NCBI GenBank assembly: GCA_017499595.2
Contig: CM039009.1
Span: 248,001-312,000, forward strand
Source: Psilocybe cubensis
Lineage: Eukaryota
Direction of reading: 5' to 3'
Length of the DNA stretch: 64,000 nt
Both the position numbers and the translations under genes were made by a program. The notes under the pieces were generated by a model, which was not told the origin of the DNA, made no database searches, and saw nothing but the letters and a program-made list of their open reading frames with translations. This document shows, one piece after another, positions 14,402 to 27,304 of the stretch; position 1 is the stretch's first letter, and each line of letters begins with the position of its first letter.

Positions 14402-15364
14402 ATGTCTTCCTCGTGGGCTTCCGTATATGTATGGCTAGGTCCCTTGATCATACCAGAACAGTCGTTGGTAGATTCTGAACGACAAAAACTGCTTCTTGAA
14501 GATCCCAAGTCTGTATATCAAGATCCAGAATACTCAAAATGTCTACTCTGTCTCTTTCGGGCATGATTCTAGGAGCGGACACAGAGGATGTGGACCTTAT
14601 TTTTCGAAATATCAACCCAAGCAAGCTGCACACGTCTCGAGAATCCATTGCTGAATTCCACAGCAAGTCCACTTTGCCAGTGAGCACGCAGGCTAATGTA
14701 CCTTCTAACCCTTGTGTGTATTACTGATTGTTATTCAGACGTGCGGAGTATGCATTCGTAGCCCAGATGATTGTACGCGCGACCCCAAAGGATCCTACCG
14801 ATGTAAACGTTGCGTTATACGCAAAGAAGAATGTAGCTGGAAAGGAGAGATAGCGGTTTTGGAGCTGATACGCATGTTTCCACGCCTTACACCCACCATT
14901 GCTAGGGACGCTTATAACAGGTGGCACGATAGCTCACGCCGGAAGCGACAAAGACCAATCGAGGATGAATACTCGCCGGAACCCTCAAAAAAGAGAAAAA
15001 GGTGAGTGCCAGAGTATTATTCTTTTAGAATACGATCCTCAGTGGAAATGCTCTCAGAACTCGGGCGCCCTACCGTACTTGGACACATGGCGTCTTAATA
15101 CCTGCCTCCCCGTCCGAATCCCCTGCCCCGAGCACCGATCCGGAAAAAATCAAAATTACCAGTCTTGAAGATTTAAAGGCTTTCAACTACTCCACATTGA
15201 AAAAGGAGAAAGAAAGAGCGGAAGATGCGCGCGAGCAAATGGCGAAAAGTCTAGAAGCTGCACTGCACAAAATAGATGCACTGGAGCTAGAAATCGAGCG
15301 TCTTAAAACGCAAGCAATGCTCCAGCCTGACCATGCATTGGGTCCGGTGATACTCACGCCGTAA
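14402..15364 (+). CDS. Small Zn(II)2Cys6-type protein with basic NLS-like segment and C-terminal coiled coil
   Basis: CGVC-x6-C-x9-CKRC-x6-C pattern; introns ~14680-14739 and 15002-15057; last exon LKKEKERAEDAREQMAKSLEAALHKIDALELEIERLK. The 5' exon structure is uncertain. Confidence 0.65.
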
Positions 15365-15479
15365 AATAGCTTGTAAAATTTTAATTCTTACCTGCGGTAT
15401 ATTTAATATGTTCTCCTAAGCTCGAAAGTGCCGTCAGACAAAGGAGTATATTACATTCATGTCTACCCTGGATATAACC

Positions 15480-18053
15480 TCAGAATGAAGTTACAATATC
15501 CTTGAGTTTTTCGAAGTTGGGTGTACCGAAACCAGTAACTGGAACATGATGTATCAAATCGATGAATTGGAAACAAAATCCGAATCAATTACCTGGATCC
15601 CAGCCCTCAGTAGCCTGTAAGAAAATGGATGGACATTATTGTATACCCCGAAGAAAACCGAAATTACGTACATTAAACCCAGATGTCAAACATCCAGAGT
15701 TATGCCCAACCGTAATATCATTGAATCCAGCTGCACCGCGAGAATATATCATAGGATTTAAAAACCCTAAGGGACTCAGCCCAGCCCCCAGGCGAGCGTC
15801 ATTCAGCATCGCTACGATTCCGGCGACTACTGGTGTAGCTGCAGAGGTGCCTCCAATCATATGTGGACGTCCAAATTGAAACGAGCGAAAATTATCTGAT
15901 TGAGCAGAAACATCGGGATATGCCTATATATAAGGATGATCAATAGATGTTGCTTCCTAGGAAAATACATAGCAGACAACGCACCCGTCCTTTCCTAATA
16001 TCACTCTAAGAGGGATCAATGTATGTTAAGTTTGATAGATACGCACGGATTATAAAGCCCCTGATATGTTCCATTCGGGAGACTCGATAGATATTTTGAG
16101 ACGACTTCGTCTTGGTACGGTGGTCTCTCAAACTGTAATTTGCGAGGTTAGAGATAGATAACTACTATCAATAGTGTTTTGCCAACATACATAATCACTG
16201 AAGCCACCACCAGAGTACCAGGTAGATACAGCAACTTCGGGAATGTATGACGTGCCTCCAACAGCTGTAACGCTTAAATATTGAAAAAGGTGAAAATGAG
16301 ATACGCTTTGATTATAAAATCGTTCTCACTAGGGGCAACTGGCACGAGCAAATCAGTTATGTTTTCTTCTCGTCAAAGTAATCGAAACATACCTCGCTGG
16401 GAACGAGGGCAAAAATTTGGTTGTGTTTTTGCCGTCGTTTGAGATACATGTGGAAGTACTATGGGGGTTCCAAACCCCATCCCCTACCCCAGTGTCCCCT
16501 GAAGAGAACAACAACGACACACCGCGCGCACCCAACTGAGCAAATTGGGCACAGATCCGTCTGGCATAACTCTCGGGAACTACATCCCCCTCTTAGCCAC
16601 ATCATGAAATATTTCTGACTACATGCCTACCTGTTTGTTCATCATCTCCATAACTAGTGGATATAGTCAACGGGAGATTATCTTGTTTCAGAACAAAATC
16701 AAGCCAGTCGCCATATGGTCTACATATCTCATTAGTGACCTACTGAATGTTCGAACGGAGAACGGAAATATTTACTCATTGGTATTGATCGTGGTTTTGG
16801 CGTCAGCGAGGAAAGGAGGTCTCCCAGCAGTTGAATAAAATGTGGCCTGTGTACAGTGATATATCACTGTGATGACGACAGAAATCCTAATGACATACTG
16901 GAATGGGGTATGAAATCCCAAAAGCGAATTGAACGTCGAGATTGGACTCAGAGCCTGCTTTCCATGAAGTTTGGTCGTTGAGTCCTCCTGCATATGCATA
17001 GTCTATTTCAATGAATATTCAGCGAAAGGGCTCATAGATCCTTACCAGCTACAGAAATAAATGTGAAAGATGAGTTGAGAGCTTCAGGACGTTGCTCAGC
17101 ATAAAATGATTGTAGGTCCATCAAGTTCGCAAATTCTTCCTGGATAGATAGTCAAGTTTGTCAGACCCCCATTGGTTTCATTATGAAAGGGTACAGACTA
17201 GGTAACCAGCGACCGCAATCGAGTTGTTCAAATTATGTGAAGGAACATATCTATCGGCGTTATAAAGCTTGAGGAGACACGGAATGGTTATAGTGTGGTT
17301 ACAGCTGGCGTCGACAGTGATATTCGATGCCACATCGGCAACTATTTGCGTACTTTCTTCCGATGACACTCTAGGTGCATCATCGACGGCGAATATTGTC
17401 GATCTCCGGGATTGTAATCCACCAAACGTAGTTGTTGGCTGGATGACGTCGACATGGGCTTCAAGTTGCGCAGGTATCTTGTAGCTCGTAGTCCGTACCA
17501 GCTTATCTCCGCTGGCTACGTGCTCCCATACGTGGTAGGTCTTTCGTACAGTTTGGTCGATAAGCATTGAAACGAAGGGAAAGAGCGGACGTACCGTGTC
17601 CAGCATTTCCTCCACAGTTTGCACCGGTAAGGTGACTTTGATCCAATCTTTTGCAGGAGAGTATGTGATGTCTTGATCTTCGACATTGAAAGATTTCAAC
17701 CATCGGGAAACTGCACTGAGGCTTCTGGGATGAGGAGAGACTAACGCCTCGACTTCCTGCCTTGACAGATGCTGACCATAATCGCTATGCTTTGGGTCGC
17801 TTACCTCGTATAAACGTTTCTCCAATTTTGGGAAGTTGTGTTGAGGAAGACCGATTTGCAAGGCTATTAGATGGTCTGGAGTAGGTCTCCCGAGTTTGAT
17901 CCACCCCAGTGGATGATGTACTACCTCTTTGATTGTGTTGTTCCCCCATTCATCAATAATTTTAGAGGTAAAGGCGAATCGTGGTAACAAAAAAGCCAGT
18001 GCATGGCAGAAAATGGCGAACTGCAATGTTGTAGGCATAAAGAATGGGAGCAT
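15480..18053 (-). CDS. Sedolisin / tripeptidyl-peptidase (S53) with pro-kumamolisin domain
   Basis: [17 protein letters not shown] prodomain; ESNLD, SSGD, GGTSA catalytic motifs; [13 protein letters not shown]. Confidence 0.95.
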
Positions 18054-19542
18054 GTATGAGCCTCGGACAGTTTATATAGGTGCGAGTTAGCATAGGCTGT
18101 AGACTAGGTGGCGCATGCTAGGTTCAACTAGTCAAAATCTGTTCAAACCAACGTGTCAGATAATAGGCCATCTGGAGTCAATTATATCCTTCATAAAGTT
18201 AGTAGCATTGTAGATGTTCCAGTAAAAGATTGTGTGAGCAATTATGGAGCCAATCGAAGATGTGCGCACCCTCCCATAGAATCTACAGATGCAGGAACGA
18301 CTGTGACTAGAGTTGCGCAACACGGCTCAAGGAAGGGGTCCCAACCTGGTCCCAGGAGTACCCCGCCATTCCCCAATAGTTGAGGCTAAGAACTAATAGA
18401 AGGAACAAGGATATTGTGGGGCCGCTACTATTAGATCTGGGCAAGAAAGGCTTCGGGAAGCTCCCCTTGAGTCTTGCTTGAATCTTGATAATATTGAGGC
18501 ACTGAGTCGGAGAGAACATACGTGGACGAACCCCTGAGGAGGTGCGCGGAGTTTTGCAGAATGTTTGACTCCGACTTTGATCTCCGCTTATTAGTCCCGG
18601 GTCTCTCACAGGAGTGGAGATCGTGCCCTAGACTCGCTAGCCAGTCGGTCTGAGCCCTTTGTTTGCGCATTGTTGTGGTTGTATTTAGATGGCAAACATC
18701 ACGCGGACTTTAATCGGAACAACGGCTGGGTACGAGCCTAATCGTGCCCTATAAAACGTGACTCCATGATGGCCTTCTCACTTCGAATCCACAGTCCGTA
18801 TTACTGCACGGCACAGCTCCTACAAAAATAGACAAAATAGGCCCAAGGAAGCATAATTTGGGGTTTAGCACTCCGGTTCCCATGGCCTGCCTTACGCGTA
18901 AGTATTGAACTTGAACAGTAATGATATATCGAGTAACGATGTGCCAGAAGGAAGAATTTTGAAAACCAGACATCATATAGACGATATACACTCTCGACAG
19001 TAGATCCGCTTCACTATTGAATCTTGAAAATTCCAAATTTTTGGAGAATTCTTCGAAAGGCTTAGAATCCTATGCGGTGAGGTCTGACAGGTGTCGTCCT
19101 ACTATTTGACCTAAATATACATGTGTAATTTCAGTTTTGAATGATCATACAGCCAATGTTTCAAAAGGGTTCCTTCCGACATTCTGTGGTGTCTCGTCGC
19201 CATAAATGCAGTCGGTCCTCGTAACATACCCGCTAAGGTTGGATCGACACGGGCTGTGAAGCGAGAGATAGATCTATAGCCAGTCTTATACAATGGTCAG
19301 TGGGCATTTCACATCAATTAACGTACAAGATGATTGTTATTCAATAGAATCACAGCAGATAAAACGCGAAATCAACATTTATGTCAGTATTCTCTTCAAT
19401 GAGGTTACTCATGTCGTGCAATCGCCGACCAACCCGACACACATGAAAAATGCTGTTTAACTCGCTTACTTGAGTTCTCTGCAGGTCTCTTCCTCACTCT
19501 GCGTACCATCTGTGCCCCCGTTGAAGACTTGTATCTAAGGGC

Positions 19543-20801
19543 ATGGCTGATATCCAAACATACGATGACCGTGATCCCAGTGTCGTGTATAGCGGCGGAG
19601 ATTGGCAAAAAGGTGGAACTGAAAACGAATACTTCCAAACAACAAGTTACGTTCGCAATGCTACTGGCTCCACTGCAACTTTCAAGTTCACTGGTGAGTC
19701 AATCATAAAAGTGAATTTGCATGTTTGCACTAACATTATCATCATGGTAATAAGGGACAAGTGTCAGTGTATTTGGTACCCTTGATAGCGCAGACTTGGG
19801 TCGTGGCACTCCCATTTCTTCATACCGCATTGATAATGGACAACCAGTTATTTACACAGGACCCACGCCAGACTCAGAACAGTACAAACAGCAGTTTTTT
19901 CAGTCGCCTACATTGCCGCCGGGGCCACACACGCTGGTTATTGTTGTCCAGTCAGAGGCAGGATATTACCTCGACTATTTCACCGTCACCCCAGACCCTG
20001 TCGTCGTAGTAAGCTCTTCCGCACCTCTGGCATCTTCTTCCAGTGAGTCATCTTCTCCTGTACCTAACACCAACCACAACCCTTCCACCTCTGCTTTCTC
20101 CACATCTACCACATCCACTACTACATCATCATGGTCATCATTCACCACAACCTCCTCATCACATCCCTCCGATTTCACAAACACGTTTACATCATCTGCA
20201 ACATTATCAGGAGCATCCACCTCCTCTGGTCCTGGCGCTACATCGACACCAGAACAAAGTTCAAGAAGCACGGTAGAATCTTCGAAAGTTGGCATCGCTG
20301 TAGGGGGGGCGATAGGTGGTCTTGCTCTCCTCTTGGTCGCATTCATTACGGCATTATGCATGCGAAGGCAGCTGAGAGCTAAACATTCGACTCGCTTACC
20401 GGATAATAATCAGAATCAAGCTGAAATGAATAGCCATAATCGTGCGTTTCAAGGATTTTAATATGTTGGCACAATGGGCTACTGACATGATATGTGCTCC
20501 AGCATATTCACAGGTCTCCGTGTCACCTTTCGTTAACTCCCCACCCCCACAAACAGTTTCCAGCTCTGAACTGGGTATGGATTCTGCTCGGAAGCCAACT
20601 CCTGGGATCATTCCCCCATCAAAAGCCATGATGGCGAGGCCCACAGCTGGCACTGCAGTGCGGCATGTAGCTTCTGACTCTATGGGAAGTGTGTCAGTCC
20701 TCAATCAGAGCCCTAATGACAACGAGGAGTTGGCAAGGACATCAAATAGCGACCGTCAATCACGGCCCTATTCACTTCCTCCAATGTATGAGCAGCTCTG
20801 A
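19543..20801 (+). CDS. Single-pass membrane protein: beta-rich N-domain, Ser/Thr stalk, TM helix, cytoplasmic tail
   Basis: DDRDPSVVYSGGDW...GSTATFKFTG...YYLDYF; TM segment VGIAVGGAIGGLALLLVAFITALCMRRQ; C-terminal PPMYE. Confidence 0.85.
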
Positions 20802-21131
20802 GATTCAAATCGTTGGACTTTTACTTGATGAACTTGATGATGTCACATATATGACAAACATAGAAACATCAATGAGTACCGTGTATCCGTGGATCCGTGT
20901 ACTATCCTGCGCGCTAAAGTCAGCGCCCGTTGCCCAACAGAGTATAAAAATAGACATTATATTGACTAACATGTAGCTTGGCTCGGTTGTCTGCATTTGC
21001 CGTGTTGCAGTAGCAAATCTTTACAACGGGCGCTAATCCTTGACGGTAGCAAAACAATATTCCATCGGTAGGCCGAAGAATAACAGTCGTAGGGTTGATG
21101 ACGTTCAAAGTTCAAACCCCAATGCGTCCAA

Positions 21132-21155
21132 TTTTTTTTTTTTTTTTTTTTTTTT
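21132..21155. repeat. Poly-T tract (24 nt)
   Basis: Seen directly. Confidence 0.9.
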
Positions 21156-21742
21156 CGTTTTTCAGAGGTTTAAACCATCCTAAACGATCCGTTTACGCAG
21201 TCTTATTGAAGATTCATTTTCCTTTGAGAACCCGCATTGCGCCAATTTTATCGTTTCTTTCCATCATTATCCCACTAGCGTGGTCAATTGCGGTCATTGT
21301 CTATCTTTCTTACCGAGGTCACACTCGTTGACAGTTGCAAAAATCTCCCTTTTATATGCTATGTAGTTGCCATTGCACTTTGGTTCAACTTGGATTGCTA
21401 GTGGAAACATGTGGTTAAGATAATTGTTTAGTATGTAGAGGACATCAATGGAGTGAGACGAGGCAGTTAGCGAACTAAAATGCTAGAAAATACAGATATA
21501 GTCATACGTGGATGATCAAAAACAATACGTCTACAAGAAGATTTTACAACAAAATTTGGTTTATGTTCGGGGTATAGGTTATAGTACAAGTGAAAAAAAT
21601 ACACGCACAATACAACTGACACGTCGGGCCAGTAGAGAAAAGCTTGAATGATTTGAGATGCAAAGGTATGATTGAAAGACCTTTGCGTGGTATCTTGAGT
21701 TATCAGGTGCATGGGTCACAGATCGTGCTGAGCATTGAGCAT

Positions 21743-24700
21743 CTATGGCATCGTACTTCCTCTGGTCACGATTCTTTTCGCAATCCGGTTCATGGTATCT
21801 TTGACTGATTGTTCATACTGTCTTTCGCGTTGAAGCGAGCGCATTTGTTGCTCGAATTGGTACTGGGCAAGTTGTGCAGCGTTTGCATTTGGAGGTACCT
21901 GTAGAGTTGCTGCTTCGGGTTGAGGGGTCGGGTATGGGGTCGGAATCGACCGCTGCGTTGCTTCGAGTAGATGAGGGTGTGATTGGGTTCGCGAAAGCTG
22001 CCTTTGATACGGGTTTGGCTGTAATTGTTGAGCATATGCTGGATGTTGTTCACCATGCGATTGCTGAAGAGCTTGTTCATTCGTCAAAGGAGGTGGAATA
22101 TCCAACGCTGGTGGCCTCTTCTTGCCTGGGCCATAAATATTAGCCTGCCTCCAGGCGCTTTCTCGATCACGGTTCTCTTTATCTCCTTCATCGTCAGTAT
22201 CGTCAGTATCGTCGCCACTATCGTCGCTGCCACTTTCATCGTCGGTATCGAACGGAATAATCGGAGGCATAGCCCATCCGGAACGCTCTTCTTGTCGGCG
22301 TTGCTGGTCCATTCGTCGCTGCTTATCACGCTGTCTAGCCTTTCGATCCCTTTCCGTGTTTCGGGGGCGCGAGGTAGAGCGTCGTCTCCAAAGTCGTGGG
22401 CCATGGGTGCCTGTCGCCTGCGCGATATGCTGAGGAGCATGACGATGGAATGGAGCCACGGCTGTGGCATTTGACACAGAAACTTGGCCGCCACCGCCGC
22501 TACCCACAGGGATACTACGGCTGATGTGACGAGGTTGCCCGCGCCCCCTTTCGCCTGAAGGATATTCATACCGATATTCATGTGGATAATCGTCGTCGTC
22601 GTCGTCATCAGGCGGTATGAACATCTCATGAGGGCCAGTCGACTGCGACCTTGCGCGAGATTTGGATCTCGACCTAGAGCCATAGGTAGAATTGCGCCTA
22701 GCCCTGGACCGCTCTCTCCTTTCCTCGGCTGATGCCATGCGCGCCGCCCTCACTTCATCCCTCTCCCACTCGCGGTCGTCTCTTTGCTGCGGAGGTAGTT
22801 GCTGCTGCTGAGGCGCTACTGCTGCAGGCACTCGTTGTAATGGTGGTTGAGCTGTTTGATGACCTTGAATATACAACCCAAGCTCATTTCCTCCTGTGAC
22901 GTGGCCATGTCCAGAGCCATAACCATAACCATTCATCTGGCTTTGACCCTGACTCTGTCCTGCCGTCGTTCCTGTCCCCCAACCCTCAACCATTCTGACA
23001 GCACAAGCGACCCGATCCTTAAATTCCTTAGTTCTGCTTTCATCCCACCTCGAATATCCCATAGCCCAACAATCCCTTTCTAGCACAGCTTGTAGCATCC
23101 CAGGTGTCCAACGGATGCCACTAATAGTAGTTGCTGATCTGTGAACAAAAGTATTAGTGACATGTAAAGCAAAAAGTTAGAAACATACCGGAGCAGTATC
23201 CCAACATCAGCAAAGTCCCTTCTCCCCCATCTGGCAATCTTGAGGGCGATACTCCATGCGGGCGTTACGCTGACAAGCTGTAGACGGCCATTCGGTGATA
23301 TATAAACGGAATACTGATTGATATTATGTGGCGTCACTGCTGATTTATGAATCGGATCGAACGTCTGATGTGTCTGTGGACTGGAAATAACAAAGAAAAC
23401 CATTGTCAAAATCTGATATCCTGAGAGAGACAAAAAATGGCTAGGCGTACTCAGCACCCAGAGGCAATGCAACATCGGCATCGGCATTCATCCAATCCAA
23501 ACCCAATCCAGGGAAATGACGCGCAGTGCGTCGAATGCAAGCTTTCAGACGCCCAATCGCGTCCAGCTGTGCAGCACGTTTCGGACTATCAGGGTCTGCA
23601 TCATCTGCTTGATCCATCGAATTTGGAGCAGGGGTACCATACGCCGAATATCCGGAATATCCAGGTGGTTGACTTCGATAAGCAACTGTGGCGGCGGCTT
23701 GGAGCACACGCTCAGGCGCACGTACACCAGAGTAATCATCCGCGAATGCACGCATAATTACATCAACATCCCTCGTGCTCGTGCGCCGCGCGAGATTCTC
23801 CATCTTCATGTTTTGCAAACTTTGTTGCTGCTGCATTAGCGCATCAAGGCTGGACACTTCGCCCCCTGACGCTGCCGCCATGTTGGGCATAGGAGCGCCG
23901 ACCAGAGGCATCTCCAGGCTCAGAGCATGAAAAACGGGGTGCAGGAGCATGCACGCGCCGCCATGCGCGACAAGCCGTAGCTTTCTCGGTCGTCTAGGGT
24001 TAGATCCCAGGCCATCCAATCCAGGTGAATCAGAGGCCTGTTCCGAGAAATCGAAGTAGTCAACCAGCAGCTCCGAAAACCGATCTAGAACGGGTATGAG
24101 CATCTCGCGCGTCATTTCCGTGACATTGTGAGCTGGTGGAGGTTGTGTGCCTGTGGACAGCGCGGGCTTCTGCGCTGTTGATCCATGAACAGGTGGTAGA
24201 ATGGGTTGCACGGGACCTTGAGGAACGAAAAGTTGGGACTGAGTGTGCGACATATATGCATGATGTTGCGCTGGAGGTCGGCCTTGCGGCGGCGGTGGTA
24301 GTTGAGGCTGTTGGTGTAGGGGTTGAGATTGAGGTTGAGGTTGAGGTTGAGGTTGCTGGCTTTGCTGGGGATGCTGAATAGGCGGTTGTGTATCTGTTGC
24401 TCTTTCTCCCAATTTGGACCGAACAGCAGTCGCAAAGGGGCCATTAGGGTCTGCCCATGCGCTAGCCCATCCAGGATGGGGACCTGTGATGGCATATGCT
24501 GGTGGAATAGGAGGCAGGTCAGAATCTCTGGCCTCCCGCTCCTCCTCCCGTCTATTAGCCTCTCTTCCTCTAGAGCCACTCCGAACAGTTTCTTCGCGTC
24601 GTTGTTGCTGTTGATGCATGAGCATGAAACCCTGCCCAGTCGGATTCGGGATTGGAATGACAGGCGGTTCGTTCTCAGAGACCGCATTACCTGTGTGCGT

Positions 24701-25387
24701 TGTCGAATAAGGCGAGTTGTACAAAACCGTTTGCAGGTGCTGATGATCATGATTAAGGACCTGGGCATGATTCGTGCTGGGATTGGGATACGAACGCGGG
24801 GCAGAGCGGCTTCGATTACGGCCACTCGTGTCGTTGTTATCTCCGTTTTCAACGGGACGTTGACCTTGAGTTTGGGCAAACGGTGGTGCATGCTGAGTAC
24901 CACCATAACCTTCACCTAGTTGAAATCCACCTCCAACGTATGAATTGCCTTTAGCAACGGCGGCTGCACCGCCTGTGGCAGGGAATCCCAGCGAAGAAAA
25001 CCCGTTGGGAATAACAGGGTTTGCGTTAGGGGCAAAGCTGGTCGGGTCGTGGTAAGGCGAGGGTCCATTGGGATTGCGATTCGTATTCACGATTCGCGGT
25101 TGATTTCCAGAGATACCTGGATTTCCTCCACCGTTAAGCGTGTTGGCCCCCCAACCAGACGAATTATACAGGTTTGGCGGCTGACTTGAGTATGCTTGAT
25201 GCATGTTCGGCTGGGGGCCGTAGGGCAGCCCGTTCATGGTCGGGTTCGGAACCGAATTTACGTTCTGACTCTGAGGCTGGTTCTGTTGTACCTGCGCCTG
25301 GAAAGGCGGACCAAATTGAGGATGAGATGGAGGGAATGATTGAGATATAGGTTGGGAAGAAAGATGTGAACGTGTTGGAATAGCCAT
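21743..25387 (-). CDS. ~1174-aa Q/N/P/G-rich protein with a central AbiEii/DUF1814-like (Pol-beta superfamily) nucleotidyltransferase domain
   Basis: Introns 23381-23450 and 23139-23188 give one continuous frame. Motifs LRLVAHGGACML, RRTSTRDVD, LDWMNADADVALP and ALKIARWGRRDFADVGILL. Confidence 0.8.
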
Positions 25388-27304
25388 GGCGAAAGAGTGC
25401 CACACGTTGTGTGTCTAGGTGTGAATGTGTATAAGCCGGATAGGTCAGAGGATGCACACAGCAACAAAACACGCAAATTAAAATCGTCCAGTGGCTGTGT
25501 GACCGTGGCAAGAAACTGGTCAAGGAGTAATATGGGATGAGACTCACTCGATAACAATCTATCAAGAGAACTACGATGGGACTGCAGACTGGAGTCGTGT
25601 CTGTCACTGTCAAAGCCACACAAAAGCAATAAAGTTACAATAGAGGGCCTCCCTTTCAATTGTTCAATGAGCCCGTGTGAAATATCTGTAGCAAGCTCAA
25701 CATACCGTATGTCAAGAGCCGAAAGATACAAAGAGAAAGGACAGGTCACTGGTAGGCAGGTCGGGTGAGGCAATTGAGACGACGAGCTCAGGCTTGATCC
25801 TGGGCGATGCACTGCCTACAGGTAACTGATAAGCAGCACTAAGGCTGCGCAGTGCTGGGCGCCGCTGGTGCGATCGCGTACGACGCTTGCCGTCAAGAGA
25901 CTGAGATATACTTCAGGGCAATGGTTGTTGAACTGGTAGTAGTCTACACGATGGCGATGGTGGGCGGAGGTTTACTGTGCACGTTCGCTCGTATCACTTG
26001 CTTCTCTTCGGCCGGATGAATCAAATACGGGTGTTGTTGCAACAATGCAGACTGATCCTATTTATGTATTTTCACCGCGAAAAAGAGAAAATCGTGCTGT
26101 CCTGTTAATTTAGCGTTAGCCGTGGTTATTCCAAATGAGATTCGCCTTTGTATGTCGAATCATGCGCAATGAACAATTTCATTCTGCTCAAAAGAATGGA
26201 TTCCCAATCCGAACTGGAAAATAAAGCATCGGCGATGTTACAACAAAATCTCCAACCATATGACTGAATGTGCGGCTAGCGGACAGTTCTCAGCATAGTT
26301 CACGGACACCATACCGCATACTACATAGTGTGCGCATTTGGAGATTCGAAATTGAGAGTATTGAATACACATACCTTGGGTACAGAATAAAAACAAGTTC
26401 GCAGCCTTCCTCGATTGAACTTTTCAGCAATCTCCAGCGCTGGCTGCCTCTAATCCAATCCGATCCAATCCGTCTCTGTGCCCGGACGTAGTAAGGGCTA
26501 CTCCCGATTTCCGAATACGTATTCAATAAGATCGATTCCGAGGTTGGCTTCGGAAATTGTTGAAGTCGATGGGGCCTCTGTGATATGCAAAGCAGGTGTG
26601 AGGTCGCTGGCTGTCAGCGCCTCGTTGCCTAACACGAGCTCAAATGCTTGACAAAATGCACAGCCAAACTTGGCGAGTGTGGGAATAAGACCACCGCACC
26701 TTGGGAAGGTCCATCAAAAGCAAATCAAAAGTGCAGCTAGGTATAAAAGAACAGGGTATAGCTTTCTACTTGTAAGCTGGGCCTATTCACGGCAGTTACA
26801 AGTCCTTGAATCTTGGAATTAATACTTTGGTGATTTTGATCGAAATTTGTATCAGCAATGTCTTACAGGATGTGCATTATAAGATCGTCATAATTCCATC
26901 TGACTTGAAAACTGTTGAAGACTTTGAAGGGAAGAATAAAACCACTAAAGTTGTATTTACCGTAACTATTTCATGAACACATCTATTTTTTAGGCCTTTT
27001 ATGCTAGGGAAGCCCTGGAGAACCTTGAATATTCCAAAAAATCCGAAGCAATGATGGACCATGGTCTGCCACCTTTTCTGACTCAGCATACATATTTCGA
27101 GCTCCGCTGATGTTCCGATGTGCCGCGTAGGTCTCTTTTCGCACTCCGATCAATGTTTAACAAATAAATAAATGCAACATTTGTACAATCACAACACTTG
27201 GTACATGCCTTTTCTACTAAATTCTAGAAAAGAGACAGCAAATTATTTAACACTGCGTGAGACGGTCTGATTTGCGAGGCTATAGTACAAGTTGATTATC
27301 TACC

